A stretch of DNA of 64,000 nucleotides, from positions 171,864,001-171,928,000 of the forward strand of contig OX597814.1 in NCBI GenBank assembly GCA_951406725.2. The letters are read 5' to 3'. Positions 27,270 to 40,615 of this stretch are shown here, in pieces (position 1 is the first letter of the stretch; every line of letters begins with the position of its first letter). The position numbers and the translations under genes were made by a program. Below the pieces are notes generated by a model, which was not told where the DNA came from, searched no databases, and saw nothing but the letters and a program-made list of their open reading frames with translations. Source of the DNA: Octopus vulgaris (lineage: Eukaryota).

Positions 27270-28300
27270 ACTTGATCAACAGCTATTTAATTTTAGCTTC
27301 CATGGATTGGAAATGAAAATCGGCTTTCATCACTGTTTTGTATATGGATATAACATGATAAATATGTACTTTCTGGCAAAACTACATAGTCCAATCTTTG
27401 AGGAAACGATTCAAATTATTCTGAAAGAACGTCAGAATAACAAGAAAAACAGGTATATATTTTTAGAAGTATAATAAATATAATAACAATTTCTGCAAAA
27501 GGTTCAAATTGCTTCTTATGAAACAGTTACACAAAATGAAGTCTCATATTTTGCTGGAGTTAATTATTTTGTCTGCAAAATGTTAAGACATTGCTAGAAG
27601 ATTAAGCAGAACAAGAAACAAGTAAAATTCCTCTCTCAAATAATACACTTTGCAGACGCATCTTGGCACTGGTTGTTTAAATCAAGCAAATTGTATGCTA
27701 CAATATTCATATTATGCTTAGCAAGTTGATGAAACAGCAAGCAGACATTGCTAACAAAGCGCAAACTCTACAGACGATGAATACGCTTTTCATATCTCTC
27801 TTATGATAATCTTAAATAAATACCTGAAAAATTGTAATTATCATGGAAGTCATGTGCTGCTATTTGTATCGATGGAGTTCTCGTTACAGTAAAGTTGTAT
27901 GAAAGAGCTTACAAAGTTTGTAAAAAAAAAAAAAAAAACTCCCAAAATCAGGTTGATACTGCAAAACATTGTGTACTGAAGTCATTTTACAACCAAGTTG
28001 GTGAAGTGGTTAATTCTGTTAAAACCAAGATATTAAAGGCTCGTATATTTTAGAAAATATGTATTGACAGGAATTCGCAGAAGAATGGCTGTCAATGTGG
28101 AAAGTGATCTGCGATGTGCATGAACTTAGAAAAAAAGCTTTTTGCATAGTTTGAAGAAGTATATAAAAAATCGTTTGTGTATATCTCCAATGAGAATTTT
28201 GTATTTCTAACCTGCAATATTTGACAAGCATATTTCAGCCCTTTATTAGCTTGAACAGGAATATGTCAGGTTAAAACTGAAAATAGCTAAAATCTCCTGA
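27270..28300 (+). pseudogene. Highly degraded Buster/Charlie-type hAT transposase
   Basis: Manual translation, in the correct order: KIPLSNNTLCRRI (about 27624), YA*QVDET..DIANKAQ (about 27713), CAAICIDG (about 27855), VVNSVK (about 28007). Confidence 0.65.
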
Positions 28301-28494
28301 TAAACTAATATACTGTTAGTTAGTTTATCTAAATATTTATATATTTATTTAAATATTCAAAAGTTTCTCTAGATATTTACATATTTAACTGTTTACATAT
28401 TTAAATATTTTCTTAGTTTGTCTAAATAGTTTCCTTAAGATTCTGTTGTAATACAACGTGATTTTATTTCTCAAGCGTTTAATGGCATCATATA

Positions 28495-28979
28495 CCGTAA
28501 ATCCTCGAGTATAATCCGCATTTTCCCCCCAAAATTTAACGGTCAAAATCCCTAGTGCGTACTATACACGAGGTTAAAAATGAAATATAATTTCTAAGCA
28601 ATGTCCGAGTCTCTATTTGCTGTCCGGCAATGTTTATTTAGACGCATTTTGTGATGTCGAGCGCGAAAATACCTTAAGCTAAGCCTGAAAGCAATGAAGT
28701 CATAAAAGAATCATCCATAACTTGCAGTAAGCAACATTTATTAAACGTTATTACTGTTATCTATTTATTTTCTGCAAACAAAATGCACAAAAAAGCCACA
28801 CGTTTGCATTATGTTATATATACAATAATAATAAAGGACGTTACCGTATACATTTTTACAAACCAAGTTAGAGAAGGGGTGCGTATTATACACAAAATTT
28901 AGGTTTTTTCAGAGGTACAGCCCCCTAAAAATCCCCTGCGTATTATATTCAACGGCGGACTATACTCGAGGATTTACGG
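28495..28979. mobile_element. pogo/Tigger-type MITE
   Basis: TIRs ccgtaaatcctcgagtataatccgc and gcggactatactcgaggatttacgg; TA on both sides; subterminal gcgta(c/t)tata repeats. Confidence 0.85.
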
Positions 28980-29296
28980 TATAGTCTGTGATAATTGCTT
29001 ATTGTATAGTCGCAAGAGAATGTCCATAACTCTTTTCAGAATCTTTAAAACTGGTGGTGGGGAGGCAGAAGTTATATATTTTCAGTTGATAACCAACGCA
29101 TGATATTTAATCATTTTAACTCTATTTATGGTACTTACAGAAGATTCTCTTCCGTCCAGGTTATTTTTTCTAGTTAAATAAGAATATATATCACCAGCCA
29201 CGGATGCATGTTCCGTAAGCTTTCTTATGTAAGTCAGTACAATAAGTGCTATTCGGTAAAACACAAATCAACTGGTTAAAGACATAAGAGGTTTAA

Positions 29297-29508
29297 AGGC
29301 GGCGAGCTGGCAGAAACGTTAGCACCCCAGGCGAAATACGTAGCCGTATTTCGTCTGCCGTTACGTTATGAGTTCAAATTCCGCCGAGGTCGACTTTGCC
29401 TTTCATCCTTTCGGTTTCGATTAAATAAGTACCAGTTAGGCACTTAATCTGTTTGTCTGTCCTTGTTTGTTCTCTCTGTGTTTAGCCCCTTGTGGGTAGT
29501 AAAGAAAT
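29297..29508 (+). mobile_element. SINE-A, young Tx1-tail subfamily (small internal deletion)
   Basis: Head and tail present; decayed duplication gacataagaggtt / gatataggaggtt. Confidence 0.9.
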
Positions 29509-29902
29509 AGATATAGGAGGTTCACTGGTGTTTGGCAATCTGCAACTCAAGGAGTATCCAGAATTAAAGAGGACTTCACCATCGTGTAAAATAACAATAA
29601 AAACAGGTGAATGGATTGTACGGTAAGCTGTTGAGCTGTGCTGTCCAGCGACACGTCGATATTTGCTCTGATGCAACACGATACAACCAGAAAGTTTGAG
29701 AGGGTCTCTGCAGTATTTTGTCGTATCGTAAATATGTTGAACTAATGAAATGATTGTAGATGCCGTATTATCAATTCGTTTGTTTCTATTTATAACACAT
29801 ACACACACATACACACACACACACACACACACAGAAAGACAGTGGGGAGAGGGAGAGAGATGTAGGTATGTAAATAGATATGTAAATAGGTATGTAAATA
29901 GA

Positions 29903-30133
29903 AGGCGGCGAGTTGGCAGAATCGTTAGCGCGCCGGACGAAATGCTTAGCGGTATTTCGTCTACCGTTGCGTTCTGAGTTCAAATTCCGCCGAGGTCGAC
30001 TTTGCCTTTCATCCTTTTGGGGTCGATAAATTAAGTACCAGTTACGCACTGTGGTCGATGTAATCGACTTAATACCTATGTCTGTCCTTGTTTGTCCCCT
30101 CTATGTTTAGCCCCTTGTGGGTAATAAAGAAAT
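29903..30133 (+). mobile_element. SINE-A, young Tx1-tail subfamily
   Basis: Duplication ggtatgtaaataga on both sides. Confidence 0.9.
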
Positions 30134-31141
30134 AGGTATGTAAATAGATAGATAGATAAAGAGTCTGAATATATGACTATATTTCTAATGTCCTTCAGTT
30201 TTAGACAGTGTGTTCATGGAAATTTGGTTGCTACATCTACCAAGTCAAGTGCTTGCGTAAGAGCTTTCCTTCATTGTCTGGAAGTAAACTTTATTGCTGT
30301 TGTTGTGCAGTCGTAACCAAACAAAACTATTGTAAAACGTCTTTGTAATCCCATCATTTATAAAAACGAACGCTATATTTCAATAAGCATACCCTCTACT
30401 TGACACGAAAGTATATGATTTGTGAGAATTTTGGCTACTACTTTCAGCAGCTTAAAACAGTCAACTGTCAAGTTCCCTGTTTAGCAAAATCATGTGTCAA
30501 TGAAAAATGCTTTCTCTCACTTTCCTCCCCCTCCCTATCGCAGCCGTGTAACAGCTTCTATCTCATATCTTCAGTGAAGGTGGCTGAAGTAACAGGGTAG
30601 TGAGTTCGACGTTTGTCTTTCCAACGATATGAATTTCCACTTAGAGAAGGTGATAAAAATTTGTATAAGAGCGATTACGTTATCAGTATTACTACTGGAT
30701 TTAACTAGTTGTTAGCTTCATCAACCTATCCTTATTCATATTCAACTGTTCCCATCCTACCAACTTTCTGGTCTTATATCTAATTTAGAAATAATTATTC
30801 ATAATATTATTTACATTCATTTCCTTACCAAAAAAACTTCTGACTCTTGGCGCCAACGTAGAGCTTTCTTAACCTGGGAGAAATAATAGCTACAACTCCC
30901 TTAAACATGTTTTCTGCCGACTTAAAAAAGAAGAAAAGATGTGTTGGATAATGTGGTTCTATATAGACTGCGTCTCGTAAAATGTGACAGGCACACCTTT
31001 TGACTATGGAGCTTATTTAATCAGAGTTAGCCAAGGCTCAGCAACAAGTTTCTACTCCTTATTGCAAAATGTAACCTTATTTATTCTTTAATCTTAATTT
31101 TTCAATACAAATTCTATATTTTCACTCTTAATTCTTTATTC

Positions 31142-31540
31142 GGATCTTTTCGGTTTGAACGGCAGTTTTTTCTAGCGGTGTCACCCATAATTATGACCCT
31201 AGTATCGATCTATTGCATTTCAATCTGTTTTAGGGTTAGTTAGGGTTAGGGGTGGGGGGAAGGGTATCTGTTTTTCTTCACAAATGTAAATAAACCCAAT
31301 CTGTTTTTTAAACAAGGGACATATTCATATGGCACAGAATGTTTTTTTACCTCACTAGACATCACTGATTGGTTGAAATTGCAGAAATTGAAGAAAAAGA
31401 ACAACAAATATCTTACAAACTATAGAATTTTCTCAAGAGAAAAAGATGTTTTATAAACACATTCTACCAGTATACGAAGTTAAAAAAATTTTAGTTACCT
31501 AGAAATTATGTTAAAAACTGCCGTTCAAACCGAAAAGATC
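31142..31540. mobile_element. MITE with GG termini and 8-bp TSD (Merlin-like), copy 1
   Basis: TIRs ggatcttttcggtttgaacggcagttttt and aaaaactgccgttcaaaccgaaaagatcc; ctttattc on both sides. Confidence 0.85.
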
Positions 31541-32067
31541 CCTTTATTCTTATGCAAAGTAGATAAAGCCATGAATAAAAGAACTGGTCAAACCTACCCT
31601 CACACCTTTACCTCCCCTTAACATTATCCCATAAAATACCAGCACTATAAACACACTATAACGATTTTATGTTTATTGCAGCGCTGAAAGATAATCACCT
31701 GTCTGACCTGAATTCATTGGGAAAGTTTTACACGCCAACTGGATTGAATTAGTGAGTTTTGGAGACCATTTCCGGTTTATATATAAACTCCTCCTGTAAC
31801 TCTTTTTGTTGTTTGTTGTTTTTGTTCGTGTTTTCTTTTCTTCTTTGTTAAAACATTTATGTCACCAGCTCTAATAGCTTTTCCCCATTTGTAACAAACG
31901 TTCTACTCAAGTTTATTATTATTTTTTCCACTCTATGAAGTATTGTTTGCAATTTAACGCGAACTTTCCTTTCTGTGTCCGTTTTCTGCTCTTGTGAATA
32001 CATCAATTTAGAAAAAAAACTTCCTGGTTCAAGTTAAACCTGTGTATAAACACTTACAGTCTTAAAA

Positions 32068-32498
32068 AGCGGCAAGCTGGCTAAGGCGGCGAGCTGGTAG
32101 AAACATTAGCACGCCGGGCGAAATGCGTAGCCGTATTTCTTCTGCGTTACGTTCTGAGTTCAAATTCCGCCGAGGTCGACTTTGCCTTTCATCCTTTCGG
32201 GGTCGATTAAATAAGTACCAGTTACACACTGAGGTCGATGTAATCGACTTAATCCGTTTGTCTGTCCTTGTTTGTCCTCTCTGTGTTTAACCCATTGTGG
32301 GTTGTAAAGAAATAGGTATTTCGTCTGCCGCTACGTTCTGAGTTCAAATTCCGCCGAGGTCGACTTTGCCTTTCATCCTTTCGGGGTCGATAAATTAAGG
32401 ACCAGTTACGCACTGGGGTCAATATAATCGACTTAGTCCGTTTGTTTGTCCTTGTTTGTCTCCTCTGTGGGTAGCCTCTTGTGGGCAGTAAAGAAATA
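32068..32498 (+). mobile_element. SINE-A dimer with a short duplicated 5' end
   Basis: Junction aaagaaata|ggtatttcgtctgcc at about 32314; outer duplication acacttacagtcttaa. Confidence 0.9.
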
Positions 32499-32513
32499 CA
32501 CTTACAGTCTTAA

Positions 32514-32725
32514 CCGTTTGCATACCCTGTGTATCATGTAACACACTGGATATATTTCCCTGGAGTCTGAGCATCATATATGATATACATTCCTAATTTT
32601 TTTTCAACTGCCAGAGTAGGATTTCTGAAAAGAAAGCTTTATAGTACTCGAGACGTATGAAACAAGGACTAATTTAGAGTCTGAAAACAAGCCTTATGGA
32701 CATTTAGGACAAATTTACGAAGGGG
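32514..32725. mobile_element. Possible piggyBac-type MITE
   Basis: ttaa|ccgtttgc ... acgaagggg|ttaa; the inverted repeats are weak. Confidence 0.35.
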
Positions 32726-32998
32726 TTAAATAAGACACCTGACAACAACAAGAGAGCAAACTTATCAGAAGATCATGTGGTTGATGCGGTTTGTAACATT
32801 TCGTTTAGCAGCCCTCAATCTGGAACTAGAGAACTCTAAACATACATACATACATACATACATACATACATACATACATACATACATACATACACACATA
32901 CACACATACATACATACATACATACATACATACATACATACATACATACATACATACATACATACATACTTACACACACACATGCACGCACACACTAT

Positions 32999-33335
32999 AT
33001 CTTTTATCTTTTACTTGTTTCGGTCATTAGACTGCGGCCATGCTGGGGCTCCGCCTCGAAAAGGTTTAATCGAACGAATGGACCCCACTACATATTTTTA
33101 AAAACCTCTTACTTATTCTGTCGATCATTTTTGCCGAACCACTAAGTTACGAGGACGTGAGCATACCTAAGTAAGTTGACAAGCGGTGGTAGGGGAACCA
33201 GCACAGACGGGCTTCTCTCAGTTTTCGTTCACCAAAACCCACTCACAAGGATTTGGCCGGCCAGGGCCTATAACAGAAGACATTGGACGCGGAACTATGT
33301 GGGTAAGAAGTAATGGTCTTACCACACAGCCACAA
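32999..33335 (-). mobile_element. SINE-B, diverged
   Basis: Collinear with 61362-61762, with deletions. Confidence 0.75.
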
Positions 33336-33964
33336 CTACAAATAATGAAAGCAATTATATATATATATATTTACATTACCTACTTTATATTTATATATAT
33401 ATATTTATATACATGTAATATTTGTATATATGCCTTTCATATATTTAGCCAGTACGCATACACATGATTGGCATTTCGTATTTTTGTTTATTTGCTTGGA
33501 AGAGTGACAGAAGCAAAATCTACACAAGAAAACAGAAAAATGAACAAAAGGAAAAACAAAAAGAACTGCAAGAAAAAATAATTGTACAATAGCAACAAAA
33601 TGAATAATAGAAAAGAAACACAATTTATTTGTGTTGTTCATATTTTATTTAGGTTTTTAGTGTTTTCTTTGCGTAGATTTTTTTTCTTCTTCTCTCTTCA
33701 AAATAGATAGAATTTTATCATAGGATTATTAGCTGTTAGATCTCTTCCGGGTAGGAGTTTTGTATTTCAGTATTTTGTTTGGTGTAGGCGGCGAGGTGAC
33801 AGAAGTATTTTGCCTGTCTTTATGTTCTGAGTTCAAATTCCGTCGGGATCGATATAATTGACTTACCCCTCAAACGAAATTGATGGCCTTTTGTCAAAGC
33901 TTGAATCCAATATTTCGCTTAAGCGTAGCAATATGTGTGTTTGTGTGTGTTTGTGTGTGTTTAT

Positions 33965-34009
<45 letters not shown>

Positions 34010-34587
34010 TGTGTGTGTGTTTGTGTGTGTGTATGTTTGTTACAATTATTCTGCTTGTTCTTCCGTTACCTAGCCCGTCCGTAACGCTTCACGGGATTAG
34101 TTGAAGGGGTGAGGAAGTGGAAGGTGGGAATGAAGAGAAGGAGTGTGAAGGGAGGAGTAGTATTGAGGGAGATGGAGTGGAGAGAGTGGGAAGCAGAGTG
34201 GAGAGGAGGGAAGGGCGAGGTGGTGGTGAGTGAAATGTGTAATTTATTTTTTGAACTAAGTTTTTTCCTCCGTTACTTAGCCCATCTATAACGCTTTTAC
34301 TTGTGATTAGATGAAGGAAAAGGCGAAAAGCGAGAGAAAAAACGAGGGTAAGGCGAAGAGTGAAAGAGAAAGTGGGAGAGTGCTGTATATTAAGTCTATA
34401 AAATTGTGCATAACATGTATAAAGTGTATATATAAAGTACGTTAAGTAATCATCGTACTCCAATTTCTTTCACTTTTGAATGAGTAGCTGATGAGCGACT
34501 ATTTTTGATACAGACACGAGGCAGGCTACGCTTTCAGGTTTACAATTAATTCTGTGAAATATTCACAGGTCTCGCTAGTATATATAA

Positions 34588-34808
34588 AGGCGGTGAGCTG
34601 ACAGAGACGTTAGCACGCGGGGCGAAATGCGTAGCCGTATTTTGTCTGCCGCTACGTTGTGAGTTCAAATTCCGCCGAGGTCGACTTTTCCTTTCATCCT
34701 TTCGGGGTCGATTAAATAAGCACCAGTTACGCACTGGGGTCGATATAATCGACTTAATCCGTTTGTTTGTCCTCTCTGTGTTTAGCCCCTTGTGGGTAGT
34801 AAAGAAAT
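34588..34808 (+). mobile_element. SINE-A, young Tx1-tail subfamily
   Basis: Full head to gggtagtaaagaaata. Confidence 0.9.
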
Positions 34809-34889
34809 ATATATGAATTCTTTTACGTCTTTCAGTCATTGGATTGTGGCCATGCTGGAGCATCACCCTGTTTGTGCGAGTGCATGTGC

Positions 34890-34935
<46 letters not shown>

Positions 34936-35449
34936 GGAGGATTGAAGTATTGCTAACTAACGAAATCTGTGAGTCTGTCGAGCATATAGTTTCTCATTTA
35001 AATTATATAGCATTTGCTCGATTAAAGGCGGTGCTCCAGCATGGCCGCAGTCAAATGACTGAAACAAGTAAAAGAAAAGAAAGAAAGAATTACATTAAAC
35101 TTATGTGTGTTGCTATTTTACAGATAAGTAGACTGAGAAAGCAAGTCGGTACAGCAGAGAGAACCAATGGATGCAGATAGGAACTTCACTTCAATAGAAA
35201 ACTCGCCTCCTTATCATTTCTACAAACCTTCAATAGCATGATTTATCGTAATACTCATTGGATTATATGAAGCCGCTCCCATGAAAGATAACGAAAACTT
35301 ATGTGAGTCTGCCGCTATCAATAAACTCTGAAATTAATTTTAAACAAGCCTAACGCTATTTTAAGAGTTAACAGAGGACACACATACATATACATCAACT
35401 GGGTCTTACAAACAGCATATTTCGGATAAAATTAATAAACACCATTAAG

Positions 35450-35770
35450 TGGCAATCCGTCGATCACGACGATGATGGTTCCAGCAGATCCGATCAACAG
35501 AACAGCCTGTTCGTGAAATTAACGTACAAGTGGCTGAGCACTCCACAATCACACGTGTACCCTTAATGTAGTTGTCGGGGATATTCAGCGTGTCACAGAG
35601 TGTGGACAAGGCTGGCCCTTTGAAATACTACTAATTTTTGCAAGTTTGGTGGACTAGAGCAACGTGAAATAAAGTGTCTTGCTCAAGGACACAACGCGTC
35701 GCCAGGAATTGAACTCACGACCTTACGATTGTGAGTCGAATTCCCTAACCACTAAGCCACGCGCCTTCAC
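35450..35770 (-). mobile_element. SINE-C-related copy
   Basis: 3' part matches the reverse complement of 14690-14860; tRNA-like head ggcgcgtggcttagtggttaggg. Confidence 0.8.
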
Positions 35771-35803
35771 ATATACAATTACAACCTGGTATTTAGTAAA
35801 GAG

Positions 35804-36032
35804 GGCGGCGAGCTGGCAGAAACGTTAGCACGCCGGGCGAAATGCTTAGCGGTATTTCGTCTGCGTTACGTTGTGAGTTCAAATTCCGCCGAGGTCGTCT
35901 TTGCCTTTCATCCTTTCGGGGTCGATAAATTAAGTACCAGTTACGCACTGGGGTCGATGTAATCGACTTAATACCTATGTCTGTCCTTGTTTGTCCCCTC
36001 TGTGTTTAGCCCCTTGTGGATAATAAAGAAAT
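35804..36032 (+). mobile_element. SINE-A, young Tx1-tail subfamily
   Basis: Duplication ggtatttagtaaa on both sides. Confidence 0.9.
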
Positions 36033-36801
36033 AGGTATTTAGTAAATATAATTTTACTCTCACTGTGAATATGGATCCCATGATAATATCCAAGAAGCTT
36101 AGGACAACAAGTTGAAAAGAGCGAATAGAATAGTTTCCACTACCGTTAAAAGTTAAACTGACATTCTTTTATTTCCTCTCGATTGTTGAAAATTATATGA
36201 TTATATTGAAACATGCGGGCACATGGAGGTTAATATTCTTGAGTTGGTAAACCTGGAAAAGTACAGGAAAGCATATTTATGCTTAAAATATTGCAGCTAT
36301 AGTTAAAATTTAAAAATATATTTAGATTTAAAAACTAAAAATAATAGCTTTAATTAGCTACTCTATAATAATAAAATTAACTCAAATAATAAATTTAAGG
36401 CTAACTGTCAGCAAAAAATATAAAAAATTTCAATAGCCCCATTAATAGGGCTATTGAAAATTTTCAATTACAAGTGTTTAGAACTACTAAAAGTTCGTCA
36501 GTAGTATTCAATTGAAATTCCATTTTTACTAATCTTTTTATAGAAATTGGCACACTATAATTCATTGGTAAAGACACCACAAGGCTGGTCTTCTGGAAAT
36601 TTCAAACAAGGAAAGTTCAATTGAAACCTTTATGGTAGGGTTGAGGTTTAGGGGAGAGCACTGTGATATTTTCCGGAGAAGGCGGTACTCTTACTAATCA
36701 TATTTTTTGAGGGGTTGCAGTTGAAAGGTCCGCATTCTGGATGCTAGCAATGCATACAACCGTTAAAACACACTCTATTGGCTATAAAATGTATGAATAT
36801 G

Positions 36802-37234
36802 GGATCTTTTCGGTTTGAACTGCAGTTTTTAACATAATTTCTAGGTAACTAAAAAATTTTAAACTTCGTATACTGGTAGAATGTGTTTATAAAACATCTT
36901 TTTCTTTTGGCTTTATTGAGAAAATTCTATAGTTTGTAAGATATTTGTTGTTCTTTTTCTTCAATTTCTGCAATTTCAACCAATCAAATACGTCTATTGA
37001 GGTAAAAAAACATTCTGTGCCGTATGAATATGTCCCTCGTTTAAAAAACAGATTGGGTTTATTTACATTTGTGAAGAAAAAAGATACCCTTCCCCCCACC
37101 CCTAATCATAACCCTAACTAACCCAAACCCTAAGACAGATTGAAATGCAGTAGATCGATACTAGGGTCATAATTATGGGTGACAATTTCATATGACACCG
37201 CTAGAAAAAACTGCCGTTCAAACCGAAAAGATCC
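36802..37234. mobile_element. MITE with GG termini and 8-bp TSD (Merlin-like), copy 2, opposite orientation
   Basis: Same TIRs and interior as 31142-31540; flanks tgaatatg and cgaatatg. Confidence 0.85.
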
Positions 37235-37875
37235 CGAATATGTTATACATTATAGTATTCGCTATAAAATGATATTGGCTATAAAATGTATGAATATGTT
37301 CTATATTATAGCAAGGAAAGAAAACTCTGTTAACACGCAAGTTATTTGATCGTCTTTTTTACTGAATTCAGTCACATTTGTTTTGCAATGTTTTCTCCTC
37401 CTAATTTTTTTTTTGTTTTGTCCTTAAAACAATGGGCACCTTTTGATTAATCTGACACATGAAAAATCTCTTTAAAATATCTAGGCGTGTATTAATACTG
37501 GAAACCTTATTTACATTAAATCTGAAGTAAATAATACACTGTATATACTGAAACTGTTTATTCATTATCTAATCACCAAAACCATTTGTTTGAGAATCAG
37601 AATGTATGTAGCCTACAAATTTTAGAATTTAAGCAAACAAAAGAATATAATGCTTGAACATACATACATACATGCATACATACATACATACATACGTAGG
37701 TACGTACATACGTACGTACATACATACATATATGCATACATACATACATCGTTTTATTGTTTTTATTTAACTGTCTAAATCTAGTTTGTGTAACTCCAAA
37801 AACGTCGCAAAATATAATGCAGTGATAGTGTAATGTTAAGAGGCATTGTGGCTTCGTCAGATGTCTATACTATAA

Positions 37876-38320
37876 GGGCGTGGCGAAGTGAGAGAATCGC
37901 TAACGCGTCAGATATAATGCATTGCAGTATTTAATAACGTTAGCACGCCGGGCGAAATGCTTAGCGGTATTTCGTCTGCCGTTACGTTGTGAGTTCAAAT
38001 TCCGCCGAGGTCGACTTTGCCTTTCATCCTTTCGGGGTCGATAAATTAAGTACCAGTTAAGCACTGGGGTCGATATAATCGACTTAATCCGTTTGTCTGT
38101 TCATGTTTGTCTCCTCTGTGTTTAGCCCCTTGTGGGTAATAAAGAAATAAGTATTTAATAACGGTTCTTTACGTTCTGAGTTCAAATTCCATCGTGGTCA
38201 ATTTTTGTATTTCATCTTTCCTGAATCGTTAAAATAAAGTCCTTGCCAAAACGGGGAAGGCAGTATAATTGACTATTCACCACTCTCAAATTTCAGGACA
38301 AGTGTTTATGTTAGAAATCA
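37876..38320 (+). mobile_element. Old SINE-A interrupted by a young SINE-A (37936-38149)
   Basis: Duplication agtatttaataacg flanks the young copy; the old copy resumes with ttctttacgttctgagttcaaattcc. Confidence 0.8.
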
Positions 38321-38324
38321 ACGG

Positions 38325-39200
38325 TGCGTGATTAACAGAATTTTAAGAATGTCGAATAAAATATCTTGAGCTATTTAGGGACGGATCTTTATATTCTGAG
38401 TTCAAGTCATGCCGAGTTTATCTGTGATTTTTATTCTTTTAGATTTGATAAAATAAGAACTTGGTTACAGTCAAGTACTTGGGTCGGTATAATCAATTAT
38501 GCTCCTCTCCCGAATATGAAGTATTTAGGCATTGTATTTCTAATCAATATTATGAAAGTGCATTGGATTATTAGTAATACGAAAGGAATTTACCATTTAT
38601 TTCTAGCAGTTCAATTGACTATGTAGAAGCTATGTCACGGCAGGACCAGTAGAGCTGGTAAACTTAACGAATTTTGTTTCATCTCTCTTTCGATTTAAAT
38701 TTAATTCCAATATACCTGTAAATAGGTATCTCAACAGATTGCTTTTTCAGCCTTATTATATGAGATGATGCATATTTCCGTATATTACTGGTATTTCATC
38801 ACAATTACTAGTGATATTCTGAGCAGTTTTAAGCGACGAACTGGTAGAATCGTTAGCACGCCGTGCAAAATGCTATGTGACATTTCGTCCGGTTTAACGT
38901 TCTTAGTTCAAATTCCTCCGAGGTCCACTTTACATCTCCAGTTGAACACTGAGGTCGATGTATCCAACTTACCCCCTCCCCCGAAATTGCTGGCCTTTTA
39001 CCAAAATTTGAAATCAATATTCTGAGCAGTTTTAAAGAATTCATCAGCTAATATAATTCAGAAGAATCATTAGATCAGCGAAAAAGTGCCTACAGTATAT
39101 AGATGCAGTTCTGTACATATTCAGTTCAAATCCCTTCGAAGTTAACTTTACTTACCATTCTTTCCTTTCGATAAATTCAGAATCAGTCGTGCAAGGGAAT
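38325..39200 (+). mobile_element. Three diverged SINE-A copies (about 38325-38550, 38830-39020, 39060-39200)
   Basis: Recognisable gaatcgttag, (g)agttcaaat and tail motifs. Confidence 0.6.
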
Positions 39201-39456
39201 TAATTTAATATTTCTATAAAGCCATCTTGATGCAAGAGTGATTATAACAGAAGACTAAAACTTACGAAAACCACTTCTCTACTAAGTTCGGATTTACTCG
39301 ACTAGGGAATTTGGTAGAAGATACTTGCTCATGGTGTCATGCTTTGCGATCCGTTCCGGAATCCCCTACTTTAGAGCTCACTTCCCTAACTTCAGAACGA
39401 TCCTTCTGTCTGTCTGTCTGTCTGTTCGGCTGTATGTATGTATGTATATATGTATG

Positions 39457-39490
<34 letters not shown>

Positions 39491-40385
39491 TGTATGTATG
39501 TATGTATGTATGTATGTGTGTGTGTGTATGTATGTATGTATGTATGTATGTGTGTATGTATGTATGTATGTTTATACGTGTGTGTGTGTGCGTGCGCGTG
39601 CGTGTGCTTGTGTAGTTGGACAATGTTAGATACCTAACCCATATTCTTGCTTTACTCCATATTTGTTTTCCTTTCTTTCATTCTTTCTTCTTTCTTCTTT
39701 CTTTCTTTCTTTCTTTCTTTCATTCATTCATTCTCTCTTTCTTCCTGTCTGTCTGTCTGTCTTTCTTTCTTCATTGTTTCCTTCTTTCTTGCTTTTCTTT
39801 ATTTATCCTTTGTAATTAATTCCTACCCCTGGAATCCCGGAACACATAATCCATCGTTCTTACTGTACAGAGAGAAAGAGAGAGAGGATGGAAGGGAGTA
39901 GAGAGAGAGACAGAGAGTGGGAGAGAAAGAGGCTGAGCGAGAGAGAGAGAGAGAGAGAGAGAGAAGTGACTCAATACTTCTCACCAGGTCACACAACACA
40001 TTAAGTAAATCTCAGTTCTATCATACATACATCCTAATGGCAACTTTACTTTTTCTATGATCCATTAGAATGCCAGGGATCACGGCAGGCAGGTTTTGCC
40101 TTTTATGATCCACTGCAGCAGCCAGAAAACAATGACATTAGGCGATTCCTTTTTGTTGCCATCGATTTATTTAGTAGGGATCGGAGAAAGTAATAGCTTC
40201 TTTCTCTTTCACCGAGTTTACCCCGCCTCGTCAGTGAAAGGCATTATAACTATATCAGTGAATTCAATTTCATACCATCACATATTATTTTCCTTCTTCT
40301 AAGATTTATTGCTCTCAGGATTAGGAGACAAACGGAAGATTATGTAACTTGTTTGTTTAAATTACTTGATGGTACTGTTATGTAA

Positions 40386-40539
40386 CAGTAGTAGTTGCAG
40401 TAGTAGTAGTGGTAGTAGTAGTAGTGGTGGTAGTAGTAGTTGTAGTAGTAGTAGTAGTTGTAATAGTAGTAGTAGCTGTTGTTGTTGTTGTTCTTCTTCT
40501 TCTTCTTCTTCTTCTCTTCTTCTTCTTCTTCTTCTTCTT

Positions 40540-40570
<31 letters not shown>

Positions 40571-40614
40571 TTATTATTATTATTATTATTATTGTTATTG
40601 TTGTTATTATTATT
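40386..40614. repeat. Compound (GTA)n-(GTT)n-(CTT)n-(ATT)n microsatellite
   Basis: Directly visible. Confidence 0.95.
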
Positions 40615-40615
40615 A

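Noticed and set aside
31229-31264. Interstitial telomere
   Set aside because: Only a few imperfect TTAGGG units, and they are internal to a MITE present twice.
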